Assembly: GCA_964016885.1 (NCBI GenBank)
Contig: OZ024760.1
Coordinates: 8,680,001-8,744,000, forward strand
DNA: 64,000 bases
Source of the DNA: Eledone cirrhosa
Lineage: Eukaryota
Reading direction: 5' to 3'
The translations under genes and the position numbers were made by a program. This document shows positions 54,489 through 64,000 of the stretch, piece after piece (the stretch's first letter is position 1; each line of letters begins with the position of its first letter). Below the pieces are notes generated by a model. It saw only the letters and a program-made list of their open reading frames with translations. It searched no databases and was not told the DNA's origin.

Positions 54489-54662
54489 AGAGAAATAGAT
54501 TTATAAACACTGGTATTTGTTATAACGGAATTTTACCTGTGTGTGTGTGTGAATATATATATTTATATATATCTATATATATAGATATATATATATATAG
54601 AGAGAGAGAGAAAGAGAAAGAGAGAGAGAAAGAGAAAGAGAAAGAGAGAGAGAAAGAGAAAG

Positions 54663-54694
<32 letters not shown>

Positions 54695-54759
54695 AAGAGG
54701 GAGAGAGAGAGAGAGAGAAAGAGGGAGAGAGAGAGAGAGAGAGAGAAAGAGGGAGAGAG

Positions 54760-54822
<63 letters not shown>

Positions 54823-54947
54823 AAGAGAAAGAGAGAGATACATACAGTGCTCATCTACTAAGAAATACAATCTAATAATTTTCTGTATTGAGTACTACTT
54901 TTTACGCACTTCGTGTGTGTACGTGTTTATAAATCTATTTCTCTCTC

Positions 54948-55004
<57 letters not shown>

Positions 55005-55346
55005 TGTTTGTTCCCCTGTATGTATGTGTGTGTGTGACAGTCAATACAGACACGTGACTGTAACATTCTCCGCTCTTCCTTTTCATTAAAAAACAAACTA
55101 TTATAATTCGGTGGGTGGGACACCATTTTGAATTTCACATACATACATGAGTGTGTGTGTGTGTGTGAGTGTAATATGTGAATGTGTGTGTGTGTGTGTA
55201 TGTTTATATATATATATATGTGAGTGTGCGTATGTTTATATATGTGAGTGTGCGTATGTTTATATATGTATATGTGTGTATGTTTATATATGTATATGTG
55301 TGTATGTTTATATATGTATATGTGTGTGTGTATGTATATATCTATC

Positions 55347-55379
<33 letters not shown>

Positions 55380-55485
55380 ATGTTTATATATATATGTGTG
55401 TATGTTTATATATGTATATGTGTGTGTATGTTTATATATGTATATGTGTGTGTGTATGTTTATATATGTATATGTGTGTGTGTAT

Positions 55486-55525
<40 letters not shown>

Positions 55526-55835
55526 CGAAGGAAATGTGGTAAGGAACCAGGTGGACCATAACGCACCAAAGTACTCAATACTTAGGGTAGTAGAGTAGCC
55601 GTCGAAACGGCTTGAGCTCAGCCGTCGGGGTCCTACTCGTTCCTATATATATATATATGTGTGTGTGTTTATATGTATGTGTGTATGTTTATATATGTGT
55701 ATGCCTATGTGTGTGTGTGTGTGTGTTTATGTTTATATATATATATGTGAGTGTGCGTATGTTTATATATGTGTATGTTTATATATGTATATGTGTGTGT
55801 ATGTTTATATATGTATGTGTGTGTATGTTTATATA

Positions 55836-55874
<39 letters not shown>

Positions 55875-56079
55875 TTATATATGTAGATGTGTGTATATGT
55901 TTATATATGTATATGTGTGTGTGTGTGTGTGTATGTTTATATATGTAGATGTGTGTATATGTTTATATATGTATATGTGTGTGTGTATGTTTATATATAT
56001 ATATGTGTGTGTGTTTATATGTATGTGTGTATGTTTATATATGTGTGTGCCTGTATGTGTGTATGTTTATATATGTATA

Positions 56080-56128
<49 letters not shown>

Positions 56129-56439
56129 TTATATGTATGTGTGTATGTTTATATATGTGTGTGTATGTTTAAATATGTGTGTGCCTATGTGTGTGTGTAT
56201 GTTTATATATATATTATATATATATGTGAAAAGTTTGGCACTTACACACTCACCATTCTTCTCACCTATCTCTCTGACCCCCTCTCTCTTCACTTCTGTT
56301 ATATTTTGTTCTTGCAATCCTTTTACTCTCTCTCTCCCTTCTATCACCTACCCCCTTCACCTCCCAACCATCGCCTCCTCCACACCTTCTCCCACTACCA
56401 CCCTCTCCCCACCCGCTCCTACTTGTCGATCTTCCTTTT

Positions 56440-57255
56440 CTGATCACTACAATGACCGCCACCACAACCTCCATCCTTCACACCACCGCCACCACAACCT
56501 CCACCACATTCATCCACACCAACATCACTACCCCCCCCCCCCACAACCACCACCATTACCATCAACCACACCGTTACCACCCCACAACCGCCATCATCTC
56601 CACCACTACCACCATTCTCGTCAGCAACACCACCATCGTCCACTCCAACATCCCCACCACAACCATCACCATTATTCTCGCCACTACCACCATCATTAAC
56701 ATCCACACCACCACCATTCACAACCACCACCATCAACACCACCAAAAGTCTCCACCACAACCACCACCAATAGTCTCCACCACAACCACCACCAATAGTC
56801 TCCACCACCACCACCACCACCACCAAAAGTCTCCACCACCACCACCACCACAAGTCTCCAGCACAACCACCACCACCACCACCAAAAGTCTCCACCACCA
56901 CCACCACAAGTCTCCAGCACAACCACCACCACCACCACAAGTCTCCACCACCACCACCACAAGTCTCCAGCACAACCACCACCACCACCAAAAGTCTCCA
57001 CCACCACCACCATCACCACAAGTCTCCAGCACAACCACCACCACCACCAAAAGTCTCCACCACCACCACCACCACCATCACCACCACCACCACAAGTCTC
57101 CACCACCATCACAACCACCAAAAGTCTCCACCACAACCACCACCATCACCAAAAGTCTCCAGCACCATCACAATCATCATCATCACCTTCACCACCACCA
57201 CCACCACCACCACAATAACCATATCTGCTATCAACAACAACAACAACAACAACAT
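56440..57255. repeat. (CAC)n-rich tract with repeated AGTCTCCA anchor
   Basis: Directly visible. Confidence 0.9.
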
Positions 57256-57417
57256 TGGTAAAAGATCCACGAAAGTAGGGAATCTAACGGACATTGAGGG
57301 TGTATTGTCAGAAAATGTGGTCATCAAACAGGAGACACAGCTTCTGCCATTGAAACACTGGTACATATTGATACGAAGATAGAGGCAGAGAGACGAGAGA
57401 CCTGACATTCGTGTTAA

Positions 57418-57477
<60 letters not shown>

Positions 57478-57740
57478 GTACATATATATATATATACACA
57501 CGCACACACACACACACATATATACACACACGCATATTTACACAGATAGATACACACATACATACATATATATATACATATATACACACACATATATACA
57601 CACATATACATATATATATATACATATATACACATATATACACACATATACATATATATATACATATATACACACATACATATACATATATTACACACAC
57701 ACAAACATATATATACACATTTATATATATATATACACGC

Positions 57741-57785
<45 letters not shown>

Positions 57786-58358
57786 TTTACACAGATAAAT
57801 ACACATACATATATATACATATATACACATATATACACATACACATACATATATATACACATACACATACATATATATACACATATATATACACATACAT
57901 ATATACATATATATATATATACATATATATACATATACATATATATATATACACACATATATACAGACACACACATACATATATATATACATATATACAC
58001 GCACATACATATATATATATATACACATATACACACATTTACACAGATAAATACACACATACATATATATACATATATACACATATATACACATACATAC
58101 ATACATATATATACACATACACATACATATATATACACATACACATACATATATACATATACATATATATATATACACACATATATACAGACACACACAC
58201 ATACATATATATATACATATGTATATATACATATATATATACATAAAAGACATGGAGGCACGGGGCCTAGTGGTAAGGGTGTTGGCCTTGCGAGAGAGAG
58301 AGAAAGAGAGACAGAGAGAGAAAGAGAGACAGAGAGAGACAGAGAGAGAAAGAGAAAG

Positions 58359-58398
<40 letters not shown>

Positions 58399-58454
58399 AG
58401 AGAGAGCGAGAGAGAGAAAGAGAGAGAGCGCGCGCAGAGGAAACAGCGGTAACT

Positions 58455-58993
58455 GAATACTTTATTTTATCGACCCCGTAAGAATGAAAGGCAAAGTTAA
58501 GCTCAGCGGGATTTGAACTCAGAATGGCAAGGGCCGTAACTCTCTGAGTCAATGCATGGCGTCCGACCCTCTACCGATACTGCCAATACACCGCCCTTGA
58601 GGTCAAATAATTGTTTCTACTTTTGGCACAAGGCCAGCAATCACCCAGTGTATTACTGGTACTTTATTTTATCGACCCCATAAGGATGAAAGGCAAAGTT
58701 AACCTCGGCGGGATTTGAACTCAGAATGGCAAGGGCCGTAACTCTATGCGTCAAAGCATGGCGTCCGACCCTCTACCGATACTGCCAATCCACTGGCGGT
58801 CAAATAATTGTTTCTACTTTAGGCACAAGGCCAGCAATTACCCAGTGCATTACTGGTACTTTATTTTATCGACCCCGTAAGGATGAAAGGCAAAGTCAAC
58901 CTCGGCGGGATTTGAACTCAGATCGTAAAGGGACGTAACTATGCTGGAAAGCATGGCGTCCGACCCTCTACCGATACTGCCAATCCACCGCCA
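58455..58993 (-). mobile_element. Three tandem SINE family A copies
   Basis: 58455-58596, 58605-58792, 58803-58993; junction ggtcaaataat repeated. Confidence 0.92.
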
Positions 58994-59116
58994 TCACTGG
59001 CGGTCAAATAATGGAGGTAGCAAAGGAACGACAAGTGTACACACACACACACACAGAAACTTAACCACACATACACACGTAGACGCACAGAGAAACATCA
59101 CCACACATACACACGC

Positions 59117-59178
<62 letters not shown>

Positions 59179-59429
59179 CAAGTATCACCAGTGTTAAAAA
59201 GTAGCGGGAGCTCTGTTTGATGTGTGTGTGTGTGGGTGGGGGGGGGGATTGTTGGGAGAGGGGGAAGGGCTGGGACCTTTGCCGCCTAGAGACATCTAGA
59301 AGTTTCGGTTGGCATTTATGTCGTCAACTAAAGACACTATCTCGTTAACCCACAGAATATACAACAGATTTTTACATCAACAGGGGTTGCTGTATATATC
59401 AATGAGAAACGGACCCTCTCTCCGTCTCT

Positions 59430-59486
59430 CTCTCCTGATCTGTGTGTCTCTCTCTCTGTGTGTCTCTCTCTCTGTCTGTCTCTCTC

Positions 59487-59544
<58 letters not shown>

Positions 59545-59975
59545 TCTGTCTCTCTCTGTCTCTCTCTCTCTCTGTCTCTCTCTCTCTCTGTCTCTCTCTC
59601 TCTCTGTCTCTCTCTCTCTGTCTCTCTCTCTCTCTGTCTCTCTCTCTCTGTGTCTCTCTCTCTGTGTCTCTCTCTCTCTGTCTCTCTCTCTCTGTCTCTC
59701 TCTGTGTCTCTGTCTCTCTCTCTCTCTGTCTCTGTGTCTCTGTGTCTGTGTCTCTCTCTCTGTGTCTGTGTCTCTCTCTCTGTGTCTCTGTCTCTCTCTC
59801 TGTGTCTCTGTCTCTCTCTCTGTGTGTGTCTCTCTCTCTGTGTGTCTGTCTCTCTCTCTGTGTCTCTCTCTCTGTGTCTGTGTCTGTATGTCCGTCTGTG
59901 TCTCTGTGTCTCTGTGTATCTGTGTGTCTGTCTGTCCGTCCGTCCGTCCGTGTCGGTCTGTATCTCTCTCTCTCA
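59430..59975. repeat. (TC/TG)n simple repeat
   Basis: Directly visible. Confidence 0.9.
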
Positions 59976-60646
59976 CGTGCGTAATTAAAGTCGGAGAATA
60001 TTTAAAAAAAAACAAAAACAAAAAAAACAAACCCACCCCCAAAAAACCTCTAAACGTTCTGTTCCACGTGAAACCGTAAGGGAGAAAAACAAAGAGTTAC
60101 CATTTTACCACAATCTGTTTTCTCACCCTCGAGAGAAGATGAAACACATCGGCTTAGATAAATATACTCAGTTTTATATAACGGTGTTGAAAGCACGTGG
60201 TGGACATGGGGACGGGTGGGGTGGAGTGGGTTGATAGAGCGCCTCAGATGCGGGCACAGTGTCCTGGGACATTTAATATCAGATGTAAAACGAGGGAAAT
60301 ATATTCTATTCAGGAACCCAACAAGCGAAAACTAATCATTCATTTGACCTTTCTTTTCCCTTCTTTTATTCTGCCAATCAAAACCACTTTCTTCCTTCTC
60401 CTCCCCCTCCATCTTTCCCCCTCCCCCTCCCTCATTCTACCCTCAGTCTCTCTCTTCTCCCCCTATTGCTATCACAAGACTGACATCGTAATAGTAAAGT
60501 ATTTATGTAAACAATAACATTTAACCTGATTCACATCAATTCAGATCGATAGAAGTAAACAAGTTCACAAGTTAGATTAACGAATTAAACGTTGTTCACA
60601 TACAGGAACAGCCCAGACCTCTCTCACCACAGAACATTCGCTTTTT

Positions 60647-60704
<58 letters not shown>

Positions 60705-62445
60705 GTTTATATACACAGACAAGCATAAATATAAAAACATACATATATACATACACATATACATATATACACATACTTACACACATATATACATATATAT
60801 ATATATATATATACATGTACACACATACATATATATATATATACGTATACACACACATATATATACACATATATATATATATATATACACACACATATAT
60901 ATATACACACACATATATATATAGACACACATATATATATACACACATATATATATATACATATATATATATATACATATACACACACATATATACACAC
61001 ATATATATATATACATATACACATATATATATACATATACACACATATATATATATACATATACACACATATATATATATACATATACACACATATATTT
61101 ACATATACACACATATATATATTTACATATACACACATATATATATTTACATATACACACATATATATATTTACATATACACACATATATATATATACAT
61201 ATACACACATATATATATACACATATACACACATATATATATACACATATACATATATATATATACATATACACACATATATATATATACATATACACAC
61301 ATATATATATATATACATATACACACATATATATATATATACATATACACATATATATATATACATATACACATATATATATATACACACATATATATAC
61401 ATACATATACACACATATATATACATACATATACACACATATATATACATATACACACATATATACATATACACACACATATATATATATATATATATAC
61501 ATATACACATATATATATATACATATACACATATATATATATACATATACACATATATATATATACATATACACACATATATATATATACATATACACAC
61601 ATATATATATATATACATATACACACATATATATATATACATATACACACATATATATATATATACATATACACACATATATATATATATACATATACAC
61701 ACATATATATATATATACATATACACACATATATATATATATACATATACACACATATATATATATATACATATAGACACATATATATACATATACACAT
61801 ATATATATATACATATATATACACATATATACATATACATATACATATATACATATACATATACATATACATACACATATATATACATATATATACATAC
61901 ACATATATATACATATATATACATACACATATATATACATATATATACATACACATATATATACATATATATACATACACATATATATACATATATATAC
62001 ATATATATACATATATATACATATATACATACACATATATATACATACACATATATACATACACATATACATACACATATATATACATACACATATATAT
62101 ACATACACATATATATACATACACATATATATACATACACATATATATACATACACATATATATACATACACATATATATACATACACATATATATACAT
62201 ACACATATATATACATACACATATATATACATACACATATATATACATACACATATATATACATACACATATATATACATACACATATATATACATACAC
62301 ATATATATACATACACATATATATACACATACATATATATACATACACATATATATACATACACATATACACATACACATATACACATATATACACATAT
62401 ATACATACATATATACTCATATATATACAAACATAAATATACATA
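60647..62445. repeat. TA/CA mixed microsatellite with higher-order units
   Basis: Directly visible. Confidence 0.9.
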
Positions 62446-62624
62446 TGATGGCTGCCCCCCTCATTATCGAGTATGGTCATTGCACGATATAACATAATTA
62501 ATAATTATCAATTAATGCTATCGTGCAATGCCTGTGCGTGAACATTTTTTTTAAATTGAGGAAAAAATGCACTGAGCCAATCCCACTCTCTGAGTGACAG
62601 TAGCTATAACCCGAAAAGAAGAAA

Positions 62625-63680
62625 AGATCAACATAATCCTACTGCTGGGAGATTATAACCCTCCCCCCCCCCAAGGTCAAATGACCCGAAGGACAGTCCC
62701 CTTCAGGAATGACGGCACCTGAACAAAGGCAGACGGAATCCTTATTGGACCTTACAAACAGACTTTTCATGGAACAAATGTTACTTCACGCAACACGAGG
62801 TGAGAATATTCAGGATCTCTGCTTGACAAATAACACGGAGCTCAGTGACAATGTGAAGGGGACACCAACAGTAACATAGTAGAACTAAATATGTGTAGTC
62901 CAAGGATGACTGCAGATATACAGCCAAGAGGGAGCACTCGGTCTCTGTCCAGCCTAAGCTTCCACAAGGCTAACTGGAAAAGGATTCATGAAACAAAATT
63001 GAACCGACAGTCCCTTTATGCAAGATGTCAAAATACATGGAAATAATTGTTTCTACTTTAGGCACAAGGCCAGCAATTACCCAGTGCATTACTGGTACTT
63101 TATTTTATCGACCCCGTAAGGATGAAAGGCAAAGTCAACCTCGGCGGGATTTGAACTCAGATCGTAAAGAGACGTAACTATGCTGGAAATATATGGAAAT
63201 AATTGTTTCTACTTTAGGCACAAGGCCAGCAATTACCCAGTGCATTACTGGTACTTTATTTTATCGACCCCGTAAGGATGAAAGGCAAAGTCAAACTCGG
63301 CGGGATTTGAACTCAGATCGGAAAGGGACGTAACTATGCTGGAAATACATGGAAATAATGCAAGCCATATTCCCCAGGTTTTCCCCAGAAAAAAAGGCCA
63401 ACAGACACAAGAATATTGTTCCCAGAGACAGTCGAATCCTTATGAGAAGAACGAAGATCTCAAACCAGCTACATACTCAAGTAAGGAACAAGACGGGATC
63501 CTATTTGAAGCAGGCACTGTTACAAACTGAAAATTAACTCAAACTCTCCCATGAAAGGTTGAAGGCAGAAAGAGAAGCCAGGGCTATAGAAATCATAAAG
63601 ACGATCCCTAAGGCCATTTTTAAATTTGCAAAAGAGACCGCCTCGGTACACTACGGGTTAGGGCCACTTTTATATAATGG
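62625..63680 (+). mobile_element. CR1/L2-like LINE fragment (endonuclease C-terminus and linker) interrupted by a SINE dimer (63043-63345, minus)
   Basis: NIILLLGDYN, FMEQMLLHATRGENIQDLCLTN, SFHKANWKRI, IKTIPKAIFKFAK. Confidence 0.75.
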
Positions 63681-64000
63681 TATCGCCTTTGACATTCAAT
63701 CATTACTCTGAAGAGGTCCATGAGAAAGTCAGTAGATATACTGTCCTAGATCGGGGTTACTCTTGGCGGGAAAGAGACAACAACCAATTGCTAATACTAT
63801 CTCTGGGTCGCGAATCTAGGTAGAAGGAGCAACATGAAATAAAGTGTCTTACTCAAGGACATAATGCATCGCCCGGTCCGGGAATCGAACTCACAACCTC
63901 ACGATTGCGAATCCAATTCTCTAACCACTCGGCCACGTGGTTGATATAAAAACAAAACATTTAAAGCGAACCGGAGAAAAAAATCTTCTCCAATCTAGAC

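Noticed and set aside
56452-57410. Mucin-like T/H/P ORF and adjacent unique segment
   Set aside because: Anchors shift frame between units; no domain or splice support
63704-63735. tact-CTGAAGA-ggtccatga-GAAA-gTC-agta
   Set aside because: Stem I pairs but stem II cannot form; at best a decayed remnant

Overview
This is AT-rich eukaryotic DNA dominated by microsatellites [(TA)n, (CA)n, (GA)n, (TACA)n, trinucleotide runs], with a 200-N scaffold gap at 8223-8422. The tRNA-derived SINE families (e.g. core gagttcaaatcccgccgagg...gcctttcatcc...gtcgataaaataaagtaccag) look like those of cephalopods, probably Octopus; that assignment is from recognition, not a search. Nearly all ORFs in the track are microsatellite artefacts. 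The recognisable protein-coding remnants are decayed retroelement pieces (RTE, CR1/L2-like, R4-like, CRE-like, Ingi/Vingi-like, L1/Tx1-like) plus a mariner start. One 1190-codon low-complexity ORF (19640-23212, minus) may be a host exon. The most striking signal is non-coding. Many short islands sitting inside (TA)n tracts carry minimal type-I hammerhead ribozyme motifs: about 14 complete or near-complete motifs from several unrelated families, including a U3-A8 compensated core variant. These islands are often fold-back palindromes whose apex lies in ribozyme stem II, and many end in a shared ACTC...GAGTRC hairpin. This is consistent with a diverse population of microsatellite-targeting Penelope-like or retrozyme-like elements. 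All structures were paired by eye and none is experimentally tested.
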